Assembly (NCBI GenBank): GCA_046754465.1
Contig: JBHHVU010000015.1
Coordinates: forward strand, 1 to 59,688
Length of the DNA stretch: 59,688 nt
Source: Nitrospinaceae bacterium
GTDB taxonomy: Bacteria; Nitrospinota; Nitrospinia; Nitrospinales; VA-1
Reading direction: 5' to 3'
In this document: positions 35,119 to 44,170 of the stretch, piece after piece
Position numbering within the stretch: the stretch's first letter is position 1
How the letters are laid out: every line of letters starts with the position of its first letter
Notes under the pieces: generated by a model
Database searches by the model: none
The model's input: the letters and a program-made list of their open reading frames with translations, nothing else
Told to the model about the DNA's origin: nothing
Made by a program: the position numbers and the translations under genes

Positions 35119-38100
35119 ATGAACCTTAAGATTTTAACCTTTAATTGGCACGAACCCTACCTTTGTCTCCTGTCGCGCATCGGTCACGAATTCCTGGTAG
35201 CCGAGCCTGACATCGCGCCGGGCCATATCCGGCGGTGGGATGAAAATATGCGTCCCGTTCCCGCGAATATTCGTCTGGTGTCCCTTGATCAGGCGCGGGA
35301 GGCCCTCAATCAGGGCGAAATCGACCTGGTCATCGCGCACAACGTAAAGGACTTGGTCTGGACCCGGGAATACACCCTACCCAAAATCCTGGTCTTTCAT
35401 AACCGGCTGACCACGGAAATCGCTCTGGGGAAAAACCGCATAGATCGAGAGACCTACCTGGAGAAAATCCGGCCCCTATTGGAAAACGTGGGCAAGGTAT
35501 TTATTTCCGAGAGCAAAAAACAGGATTGGGGTCTTGAGGGAAGGGTCATACTCCCCGGTCTGGATGTGGCCGAATACGGCGGGTACACCGGCGAAAAGCC
35601 CTGTATCCTCAGAGTGGGTAACCTGTTCAGAGAGAGGGATCTCATGATGGGGTTTTCCCGGAGTGAACGCCTGGTGGGGGATCATCCTTCCATTGTCCTG
35701 GGACTGAACCCCTCCATTCCCGGGTCCCGGCTGTCCCGGGGATTCGGCGATTTGATGAATCATTACCGGTCCTGCCGGCTTTTCCTGAATTCGACGGTGG
35801 ATGATTACGAAGATGGATACAATCTGGCCATGCTTGAGGCGATGGCCGCCGGGATGCCGGTGGTATCTACCTTTAACCGGACTTCCCCGATCCGGGACGG
35901 AATGAATGGCTACGTCTCGGAACATCCGGATTATCTCGTCAATCGCGTGCAGGAGTTGTTGAACGACCGGGAAAAGGCCAAAAATATAGGACAAAGGGGA
36001 AAGGAAACGGTGCGGGAAAAATTCGGAATTGAGGCCTTTTTAAGATCCTGGACCGGGGCCGTGGAGGAATCCGTCATCGAATTCCTGGAGAGAACCGGGA
36101 TTTCGGTGCAACGCCGGAAGATGTCTTTTCACGAGAAATCCAAGAAAAATGTCCTCATGAATTACGTTTCCTATCCGGTGACCACCGCGTTTTATCTGGA
36201 ACGGGCGTTGCGGAAAAATCACAATGTGATCACCTGCGGTCCGATGATATCCAGGGAGGTGATCGACCAATGGGATCTTGGCGCCCTGAACCGGGAAACA
36301 GCTCCCCACGATATTTCCTGCGATGATGCCACGTCCTTGCGCGAGATTTTAAGCCGGCTGCCGCATGGCTGGGAGCCGGATTTTTTCCTGTGGGTGGAGA
36401 CCGGCTTGGGCCAGTTGCCTCCCGACCTGGATCGTCACTCTTTTCCCAGGGCCTGTTACTTGATCGATACCCATCTTCATCTGGAACGGCACCAGGAGAT
36501 CGCAAGGCATTTTGATTTTGTTTTTCTGGCGCAGAAGGTTTATGTCGAGCCCATGAAGGCCTCCGGATGCCGGAATGTGTTCTGGCTGCCTTTGGCCTGT
36601 GACCCGGAAATCCATGGCAAAAAGGAAGTGCCGCGGGAATACGATGTGGGGTTTGTGGGTTCGGTGACTCCCGCCCATGGCCGGCGGAAAAAGCTTCTCG
36701 AAGCCATCGGGAAAAATTTTGACCTTCATCTGGACCGCAAATTCCTGGAGGAAATGGCGGAGGTTTTTTCCCGGTCCAAAATCGTCTTCAACAATGCCAT
36801 CAAACAAGACCTGAACATGCGGGTTTTTGAAGCCCTGTGCAGCGGGACCTGCCTCGTTACTGATCCCGCGCCCGCAAGCGGCCTGCAGGAATTTTTTGAG
36901 GATGGCAGGCACCTGGCGCTTTATCAGGATGAGACCCTCGTCCAAACCATCCGGTATTACCTGGACCACCCGGAGGAAAGAAAACGCATCGGGGAGGCAG
37001 GGCGAAAAGAAGTGCTGGCCCGGCATACTTATGATCATCGGGTTCAGTTCCTGATCGACACCTTGAACCACGGCCTTCGGGAACCGCGGCAACCCATGCA
37101 AGCAGGGGTCCAACCGGATTCATATTACCAGAATGTGCGTCACGACATCCTTCCCTTGATTCCGGCAAACGCCGGGTCGATTCTGGAGGTCGGGTGCGCC
37201 GCGGGAGGAACGGGAAGCGAGCTTAAAAAGCGCAAAGGGGTTTTTATCGCCGGGGTGGAGATGGACCCGGAAGCGGCGCGCCAGGCGCGTCAGGTCCTGG
37301 ACGATGTCATTGAAGGGAATATCGAGGAACTGGAATTGCCCTACGCGGAAAGCAGCTTCGACTGTATTCTTTTTGCCGATGTCCTGGAGCATCTGGTTGA
37401 TCCTCTTTCGGTATTAAAAAAAGTCAAGAAATTGCTCAAGCCCGGCGGAACGGTTGTGGCCAGCATTCCCAACGTTCAGTATTTTGGGTTGATCCACCAC
37501 TTGGTGGAAGGAAACTGGACCTACCAGAAGGAAGGTATCCTCGATAATACGCATTTGCGGTTCTTTACATTCCGGGAAATCGAGAAATTATTTACCGTAG
37601 CGGGTTTAGAGATCCGGGAAGTGGATGAAACCCTGGACCCGCAATATGAAAATTTCCGAAATGGATCCACCACCACCCTGAACATCGGCCGCATGAGTGT
37701 CCGGGACCTGGATCCCGATGAGATGCGGCGGTTTTTTGTTTTTCAATACAAAATTGCGGCCCAATCCCAGGTCGAAGCTGTAGAGAATCCGGCGCCGTCC
37801 GTGCTGCTTCAGGAAAAAGATCAACTGTTGCGGCAGGCCGCGGATATGGAAAAGGAGAAAAAATTTTCAGGAGCCATTTCGGTTTATCGCCGGGTTCGGG
37901 AGTGCTTCCCGGATTGCCCCGAAGCGGTGGTTCTGGAAGCCAACTGCCATATGCATTCGCGGGAGCCCGGCCAGGCGGAGGATCTTTACCGGGAAGCGGT
38001 CCGAATGGACGAAAACCATGCCGGAGCCCGGCTGGGGTTGGGACTTCTGGAATTGCAGCGGGGAAACCTTGCTGCCGCGGTCCGCGATTTGGAAAGCGCC

Positions 38101-38484
38101 CTCCGGATTCAGCCGGAAAACGAAAAAGTCCAGTGCGGGTTGGGAATGGCTTACCGGCAGGCCAAGCGGTTTAAGGAAGCCCAGGACTGTTTTACCCGCG
38201 TCCTCGATCGAAATATGGAAAACCTGTCCGCCATGACAAATCTTTTGGAATTGGCCTACGAAAGCGGGGAATTCGCGGAAAGCGAGAGGGTTCTGAGACG
38301 ATACCTGAAACTGCATCCGGCCAATTTGAATATGCTTTTCGGCCTGGCGGGGGTCCTTTTCAAGATGAACCGGTTGAAAGAGGCCAAGGAAACCCTCGAC
38401 CTGATCCTGATTTTTAATCCGGACCATTCCGACGCCCTGGGACTTTGGAAATGTATCGAATCGGACCGGGTTCAGGCATCTTGA
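35119..38484 (+). CDS. multidomain protein: GT4 glycosyltransferase + CgeB-like GT + SAM methyltransferase + TPR
   Basis: EDGYNLAMLEAMAAGMPVV; WLPLACDP and NMRVFEALCSG...HTYDHR; ILEVGCAAGG, ADVLEHL, GILDNTHLRFFT; C-terminal TPR helices. Confidence 0.9.
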   Translation: MNLKILTFNWHEPYLCLLSRIGHEFLVAEPDIAPGHIRRWDENMRPVPANIRLVSLDQAREALNQGEIDLVIAHNVKDLVWTREYTLPKILVFHNRLTTEIALGKNRIDRETYLEKIRPLLENVGKVFISESKKQDWGLEGRVILPGLDVAEYGGYTGEKPCILRVGNLFRERDLMMGFSRSERLVGDHPSIVLGLNPSIPGSRLSRGFGDLMNHYRSCRLFLNSTVDDYEDGYNLAMLEAMAAGMPVVSTFNRTSPIRDGMNGYVSEHPDYLVNRVQELLNDREKAKNIGQRGKETVREKFGIEAFLRSWTGAVEESVIEFLERTGISVQRRKMSFHEKSKKNVLMNYVSYPVTTAFYLERALRKNHNVITCGPMISREVIDQWDLGALNRETAPHDISCDDATSLREILSRLPHGWEPDFFLWVETGLGQLPPDLDRHSFPRACYLIDTHLHLERHQEIARHFDFVFLAQKVYVEPMKASGCRNVFWLPLACDPEIHGKKEVPREYDVGFVGSVTPAHGRRKKLLEAIGKNFDLHLDRKFLEEMAEVFSRSKIVFNNAIKQDLNMRVFEALCSGTCLVTDPAPASGLQEFFEDGRHLALYQDETLVQTIRYYLDHPEERKRIGEAGRKEVLARHTYDHRVQFLIDTLNHGLREPRQPMQAGVQPDSYYQNVRHDILPLIPANAGSILEVGCAAGGTGSELKKRKGVFIAGVEMDPEAARQARQVLDDVIEGNIEELELPYAESSFDCILFADVLEHLVDPLSVLKKVKKLLKPGGTVVASIPNVQYFGLIHHLVEGNWTYQKEGILDNTHLRFFTFREIEKLFTVAGLEIREVDETLDPQYENFRNGSTTTLNIGRMSVRDLDPDEMRRFFVFQYKIAAQSQVEAVENPAPSVLLQEKDQLLRQAADMEKEKKFSGAISVYRRVRECFPDCPEAVVLEANCHMHSREPGQAEDLYREAVRMDENHAGARLGLGLLELQRGNLAAAVRDLESALRIQPENEKVQCGLGMAYRQAKRFKEAQDCFTRVLDRNMENLSAMTNLLELAYESGEFAESERVLRRYLKLHPANLNMLFGLAGVLFKMNRLKEAKETLDLILIFNPDHSDALGLWKCIESDRVQAS

Positions 38485-38529
38485 ACGAATAATTTTATTC
38501 CCGGTAAGTTCCGGGTTTTTTTGCCGACG

Positions 38530-40323
38530 ATGGATTATTTCCAGAAAAATCTCGCCTTGCTGGGTGAGCACGACCCCTATCTAGCCCGCCGGGTAAGGGA
38601 CATCGATCTTCCCCGGGACATAACGGTTTTTCCCGCCAGGGACGGCCATCCCGTTCTCCAAGCCGGGAAGGTGTCCCTGCACAGCACTTACCATCCCAAC
38701 CAGGAAGCGGCGCGGAGGGTCTCCGAATATGTCTCCCGGAACGGACCCCCCAATACTGTGTATGGACTGGGATTCGGGTACCACATCCTTGAAATCCTCG
38801 CCTCCCAGCAGGGAGACCTGAGGGTCATCGAGCCTTCGATTGAGATATTCCGGGTTTTCCTTTCGGTGATGGACCTCAAACCCTTTCTGCCGCGGACCCG
38901 GTTTCTGGTCGAAGAACCCCCGGAAAAAGTGCTCGCCCGGCACCAGCCCCAAGACTGGAACACCTTCGAACACCCGCCTTCCATCCAGATTGCCTCCCTC
39001 TATTTTGAAAGGTTGGAGCGGGGCCTGGGTTTGATGGATACCTTGAAGTCCCACCCTTTGCGGATCCTGGTGATAAATCCCATTTACGGCGGATCCCTGC
39101 CTACCGCCCATTACTGCGCCGGGGCGCTGAAAGATTTGGGCCACCATGTTTCCACGGTCGATTGTGAAAAGTTTGCCGATGGGTATTTTTCTCTGGACGG
39201 AGTGAGCCGTAAAAAACAAAACGCTGAAATCCTTTCGCACCTGTTCATGAACCTGATGGGAGAAATCGCCGCCGCGCGCGCCGCGGATTTCCAGCCCGAT
39301 CTGATACTGGCCCTGGCCCAGGCCCCGCTCACTCCCAGGGCGATCGAGCGGTTGAAAACCCTGGGGGTTCCCGTCGCCTTCTGGTTCGTTGAGGATTTCC
39401 GGACCCTGACCTACTGGGAGGAAATCGCCGGTTGCTACGACTATTTTTTTACTCTCCAGAGGGGAGAATTTTTCGGCCGGCTTTCCGGGGCGGGCGTGAA
39501 AAAGTTTTATTATCTTCCCCAGGCCTGTTACCCGAAGATGCATCGTCCGTTGGTGTTGTCCGCCGAGAAACGTCAAACCTTTGGGGCGGACCTTTCTTTC
39601 ATGGGAGCCGCTTATTATAACCGGATCCAGTCCTTTCCTCGTCTGCTGGAATACGATTTTAAAATTTGGGGAACCGGGTGGGATTTGAAATCCCCTGTCG
39701 GACAACGCGCGCAAAACGGTAACCAGAGGGTTACCCCGGAAGAGGCCATCAAAATATATAACGGCGGCGGAATCAATTTGAACCTGCATTCATCGACCTA
39801 CCATGAAGGGGTGCATCCGGAGGGCGATTTCATCAATCCCCGCACGTTTGAGATCGCCGCCTGCGCCGGGTTCCAACTGGTGGACCACCGTTCCGAACTG
39901 GAGGAGTTGTTCAAGGTGGGAGAGGAAATGGTCACCTTTCACGATATCGAGGAGCTTAAGGATAAAATCAATTATTACCTCGTCCATGAAGAAGAAAGAA
40001 CCGGCATCGCCGGAAAGGCTTCCCGGCGAGTTTTAGCCGAGCATACTCTGCAACACCGGTTGAATGAAATGCTGCTGCATATTTTCCTGGATCATCCGGA
40101 GCATTTGAACCGACGGCTGGCTCCCCGGAAGGACCCCGTGGATTATTTTATCCGGCAGGCGGGAGAGGATACCGAGTTGGGACGTTACCTGGAGCCGTTT
40201 CGCGGGGTCCCGGAATTTTCCTTGAAAACTCTGATTGACCCTATAGAAAAAGGGGCGGGGGCATTGAACAAAAGTGAAACCCTCCTCCTCATGCTCAACC
40301 AATTGATCAAGGAAGAGGCCTGA
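38530..40323 (+). CDS. CgeB/DUF3880-family glycosyltransferase with Maf-like N-terminal region
   Basis: FQKNLALL...LHSTYHP..EA, YGLGFGYH (Maf N-terminal-like); FWFVED, YLPQAC, NPRTFEIAAC, EHTLQHR. Confidence 0.85.
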   Translation: MDYFQKNLALLGEHDPYLARRVRDIDLPRDITVFPARDGHPVLQAGKVSLHSTYHPNQEAARRVSEYVSRNGPPNTVYGLGFGYHILEILASQQGDLRVIEPSIEIFRVFLSVMDLKPFLPRTRFLVEEPPEKVLARHQPQDWNTFEHPPSIQIASLYFERLERGLGLMDTLKSHPLRILVINPIYGGSLPTAHYCAGALKDLGHHVSTVDCEKFADGYFSLDGVSRKKQNAEILSHLFMNLMGEIAAARAADFQPDLILALAQAPLTPRAIERLKTLGVPVAFWFVEDFRTLTYWEEIAGCYDYFFTLQRGEFFGRLSGAGVKKFYYLPQACYPKMHRPLVLSAEKRQTFGADLSFMGAAYYNRIQSFPRLLEYDFKIWGTGWDLKSPVGQRAQNGNQRVTPEEAIKIYNGGGINLNLHSSTYHEGVHPEGDFINPRTFEIAACAGFQLVDHRSELEELFKVGEEMVTFHDIEELKDKINYYLVHEEERTGIAGKASRRVLAEHTLQHRLNEMLLHIFLDHPEHLNRRLAPRKDPVDYFIRQAGEDTELGRYLEPFRGVPEFSLKTLIDPIEKGAGALNKSETLLLMLNQLIKEEA

Positions 40324-40326
40324 CCC

Positions 40327-42084
40327 TTGGCAAAAAAAATTCTCATCATGAGCCTGACCCGCATGGGTGATCTGGTGCAGGCGACCCCGCTCATCGCCGG
40401 ACTGCGTCAAATGCATCCGGGGGCGGAAATCACCCTGATGGTGTCCAGTGATTTCGCGGAATTCGCCACACGCGTTCCCCATGTCGACGACATCGTGGCA
40501 TTTAACATACGGCAGTTCACGAAGCGGATGGCCGGCAAGGAAATTTCCTGGGTGGAGATTTATCGATACCTGGAAGGATTTCTCAATGACTTGAAGGCGC
40601 GGCATTACGATCATGTGGTAAACCTCAGCCATTCCAAGCTCAGTGCCCTGATGATTCTTTACCTTGGAATTAAACGGGTCACGGGATTTTTTTGCAACGA
40701 GACCGGGGACCGTGTGACGGAGCACCCGTGGATGCAGTATTTCGGCATCGAACCCTTCAACCGGATTTATAATCCGTTCAACCTGGTGGAAATATTCACC
40801 CGGAGCGGAGACATCCGCCCGGAGGGATTGTCCATCCAACTGAAGATCCCCGGGGAAGGCGGCGCATCCACCGGGGAACTGGTGGTGCGGGAAAAACTCG
40901 ATGACGAGGAGTTGATCATCGGCATCCAGGCCGGTTCCAGCCTGGAAGGCCGCCGGTGGCCCGCGTCCCGGTTTGCCGAATTGGCGGATCAGTTGGTGGA
41001 AAATCACAACGCGCGGATCCTGCTGTTCGGTGTAGCCTCCGAGTCCATACTTGCGGGCGAGATCACCGCCGCGGTGAAACGAAAAGAGCGGGTAACGGAC
41101 CTGACGGGGAAGACGAGCATCGTCCAATTGATGGGGCTGCTTAGAAAATGCCGTTATCTCGTGACCAACGATACGGGAACCATGCACATCGCCGCGGCCC
41201 TGGGGGTGCGGATTGTCGGCCTGTTTTTCGCCCACGCCCATCCACATGAGACAGGGCCGTATACTCCCGGAAATCTTGTTTTTCAGGCCAGAATTTCCTG
41301 CGCCCCCTGCAGTTACGGCGTTCACTGCAACAACATCGTCTGCACCCGGCATGTCCTTCCGCATCACATTCAGGCGATGATCGGCTCGCATATTCAGGAA
41401 GGAACCTGGAAAGTGCCCCCGGACCTCCCCGGTCTGAAGGAACTGAGCATTTTTCAAACCCGGACCGATGCAGACCGGGGGTTGGTCCTTCAGCCCCTGA
41501 TTCGGCATCCCGTGACCTTGGAGGATATTTTCCGGTATTGTTATTCACGGTTTTGGCTTGAGACCTTTGGGAATATTTCAGCCGATGTTCTACCCGATTC
41601 CGGGGCCCGGTCCAGAATCGCTGAGACGATCCGGAAGGATTTTGATTGCAGAGATGTTTCCGGCGTTCTGGAAAGGGTGCGGGTCAAACTGGGGATTTTG
41701 ACCCAGTTACGGGAATTGGGGAGGCAGGGTATGGGTTTGGGCGAAAAAATCCTTCATTTGTGCCGGCCCGGGAGCGATTCCCAAAGCCTCCGGATTTTCG
41801 CGGAAGCGATTTCCCGGATCGATGGAACGATAGATCAAATCGGATGCGTCCACCCTGAATTGAAACCCATCACCGATATTTTTAACAAGCGGAAGGAAAA
41901 TTTTCAGGGGGAGGAAATCGAGTCTCTGGCGGAGGCCACGTATCGGGAGTATTACAAACTCAGGGAGGAAAGTGAACGCATGGGGGAGATTTTATCCGCC
42001 GTGGTGGAAACGTTGGCGGACCCGGCCGCCCCGGGTGATCAGGTGGCTGCCAGTTCCATCAATGCTCTGGTGCCCGGAAGGTAG
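40327..42084 (+). CDS. GT9 (heptosyltransferase-family) glycosyltransferase with about 200-aa helical C-terminal extension
   Basis: TRMGDLVQATP, RRWP, DLTGKTS, VTNDTGTMHIAAALG, CAPC. Confidence 0.9.
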   Translation: MAKKILIMSLTRMGDLVQATPLIAGLRQMHPGAEITLMVSSDFAEFATRVPHVDDIVAFNIRQFTKRMAGKEISWVEIYRYLEGFLNDLKARHYDHVVNLSHSKLSALMILYLGIKRVTGFFCNETGDRVTEHPWMQYFGIEPFNRIYNPFNLVEIFTRSGDIRPEGLSIQLKIPGEGGASTGELVVREKLDDEELIIGIQAGSSLEGRRWPASRFAELADQLVENHNARILLFGVASESILAGEITAAVKRKERVTDLTGKTSIVQLMGLLRKCRYLVTNDTGTMHIAAALGVRIVGLFFAHAHPHETGPYTPGNLVFQARISCAPCSYGVHCNNIVCTRHVLPHHIQAMIGSHIQEGTWKVPPDLPGLKELSIFQTRTDADRGLVLQPLIRHPVTLEDIFRYCYSRFWLETFGNISADVLPDSGARSRIAETIRKDFDCRDVSGVLERVRVKLGILTQLRELGRQGMGLGEKILHLCRPGSDSQSLRIFAEAISRIDGTIDQIGCVHPELKPITDIFNKRKENFQGEEIESLAEATYREYYKLREESERMGEILSAVVETLADPAAPGDQVAASSINALVPGR

Positions 42085-43586
42085 GAAGCCATATCCGATT
42101 TGGCTTCATCCATGAGAAAACCTTCCAGAAATTCCAGGGCCGCTCCGCCCCCCGTGGACACAAAAAAATTCCAGGTCATGTAGTTCCAAAGGACATAGCT
42201 GTCGTTTTCGATGAACCCTATGGTGAGCAGGCTTCGGTTGATGGGTTGCAAGAGTTGTTTTTCGATTTGTTTTTTGATCAGATTTTTAAGCTCATTGATG
42301 CTGATCTTGTTCAGGGTCGCGGCGGAATCGCCACCGCCAATGACCACGGAAAGGTTTTCCCGGAGAAGGGAGGCGGCAAACAGGAGTTTCGCCATTTCAA
42401 GGGATCCTTCCGTGTATGCGCTGGATGAAGGATGGTCGTAAGCGCCCAGCGGACCGTTCCAAAAAATATTTTCGATTCCGGCGGGTAAAATGTTCTTGGG
42501 AAAATTCTCGATGGTTTTGGGTCCGAGATCCAATTGAATTTCTTTATTCATATCGGGCAGGGTTTTCACGTCGTATGTGGAGCTGTGGTATTCGGTAACC
42601 ACCTTGTAATCGTCGGGCAACTGGATGGTGACCCTGTTTTTTTCCGCCAAGTCCAGAATCTCATCCGCAAGTTTAATTTCGTTCAGGAGATTCTGGTTTT
42701 CCTCAAGGTTATTGCTGAGGAGCTTGAGAGGGATATTGTCCAGTGCCGGGGGGCTAACCTGGTCCCGGTGCTTCTTCGCCAAGAGAAAAGCATTGACCAT
42801 CTTGCCGCCAATGAAGATGAGTTTGATTTTGGTGCGGACGAACTGTTTGAGTATCTTTATTTTGTCGGATATTTTCGCCCCCCCGGCGATGACCACTGTT
42901 TTTTGGGGATTGGTGATCACCCGTTTCCCGAATTCTCCCAGCCTTTGGATTTCTTCGTATAAAAGATTTCCGGACACCACGAGTTTGCCTTTCTGGCGCA
43001 TGAGCTGGGGCAGCATTTTTATACTTTTTGTAACCCGATGGCTGCATCCGAACGCACAATTGATATAAACGTCCGTAATTTCCGCCAGTCGTGTGATGAC
43101 CTCTGCCCGGTAGGTTTCCGGGTTGCGGGGCTCCAACAGGTAACGAAGATTGGGAAGGAACTTGATTCCGCCGATAGGCATGCGATGATCGGCAAGAATT
43201 TCCAGGGAATGTTTCATATGTGAATCTATGATTTCCGGAGGAAAGATGGTATAAGTTGCACCGTACCTTTGGCGGATTAAGGTATCGAAATGGGAACTGA
43301 CAAACTGGATATTGAATATGCCGTCCCAACCGATATGATCCTTGGTTTTATGGGGCCGTCCGAGATGGGAACCGATGACCATTCGGACATCCCCTTCGGT
43401 GAGTTCATGGATTTTCTTAAAGGTCAGGTCCAGAAAACGCCGGATCCGCGTATCATCCGCTACCTTGAAGTAACCTTTGTGGGATGGCTTTAGGGGAACA
43501 TTGAAATCTACCCGGAGGAATATGGTCTTTCCCCTTAAATCCGAAGGTTTTAGACTGTCCAGGGAGACCATTCCAATTTTATCCAT
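42039..43586 (-). CDS. pgk: phosphoglycerate kinase, enlarged and divergent (515 aa)
   Basis: RVDFNVP, SHLGRP, GGAKISDK, DLGPKT, WNGPLG, GGGDS, VSTGGGAALEFLEG; GAGGA RBS. Confidence 0.9.
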   Translation of the reverse strand: MDKIGMVSLDSLKPSDLRGKTIFLRVDFNVPLKPSHKGYFKVADDTRIRRFLDLTFKKIHELTEGDVRMVIGSHLGRPHKTKDHIGWDGIFNIQFVSSHFDTLIRQRYGATYTIFPPEIIDSHMKHSLEILADHRMPIGGIKFLPNLRYLLEPRNPETYRAEVITRLAEITDVYINCAFGCSHRVTKSIKMLPQLMRQKGKLVVSGNLLYEEIQRLGEFGKRVITNPQKTVVIAGGAKISDKIKILKQFVRTKIKLIFIGGKMVNAFLLAKKHRDQVSPPALDNIPLKLLSNNLEENQNLLNEIKLADEILDLAEKNRVTIQLPDDYKVVTEYHSSTYDVKTLPDMNKEIQLDLGPKTIENFPKNILPAGIENIFWNGPLGAYDHPSSSAYTEGSLEMAKLLFAASLLRENLSVVIGGGDSAATLNKISINELKNLIKKQIEKQLLQPINRSLLTIGFIENDSYVLWNYMTWNFFVSTGGGAALEFLEGFLMDEAKSDMASYLPGTRALMELAAT

Positions 43587-44170
43587 CGCGCCATGTCCTC
43601 GTTAGTGGGTGAGGGCGGGGTTTCACCAAAAATAATAACTGAGATAATTGATTGGCAACTGGTTTTAAGGGCGATAAAATGAGGCCTTGATCCAGCCCGA
43701 AAAATTATCGGGGCTTTTCCTTGAAATTTGCTGAAAAATCAATTCCCGGAATCGCTTTTAAGGAAATTCAATGGCTAAATATAACGAATTTATAGCAAAA
43801 TCATACAAATTTATTCCATAAATGGCTTGGTTTTTTTTGCATTATAAGGGATTTAAGGGCAGATTAAAATTGATTCTGATAATATTGGCCAATTTTTGTC
43901 GTGAACCCCTCCATTTAATGGGAAAAGGACTGTAATTATTTCAGGGATCCCCTCTGAAAGGTTTCGTAAAGATAGTATAACCTATTGAAAGTTGATTACT
44001 TAATTTTAAATCTACCCCTTTTGCCACCTAAATGGACGGGGTCGGAAATTGGATATTGATTTTTTAGGCTCCTGAGGCCGTTTTATAAGTATTCTTGCAA
44101 TTTTTTAATTTGACGAATTCGCGGAAGAATTATTATCCGCAACCACAAATCTTTGGCGAGAAAAAGCAAA

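Noticed and set aside
38581..41508. 402-aa and 491-aa antisense ORFs
   Set aside because: They lie opposite well-supported glycosyltransferase genes and are best explained as codon-bias shadows.
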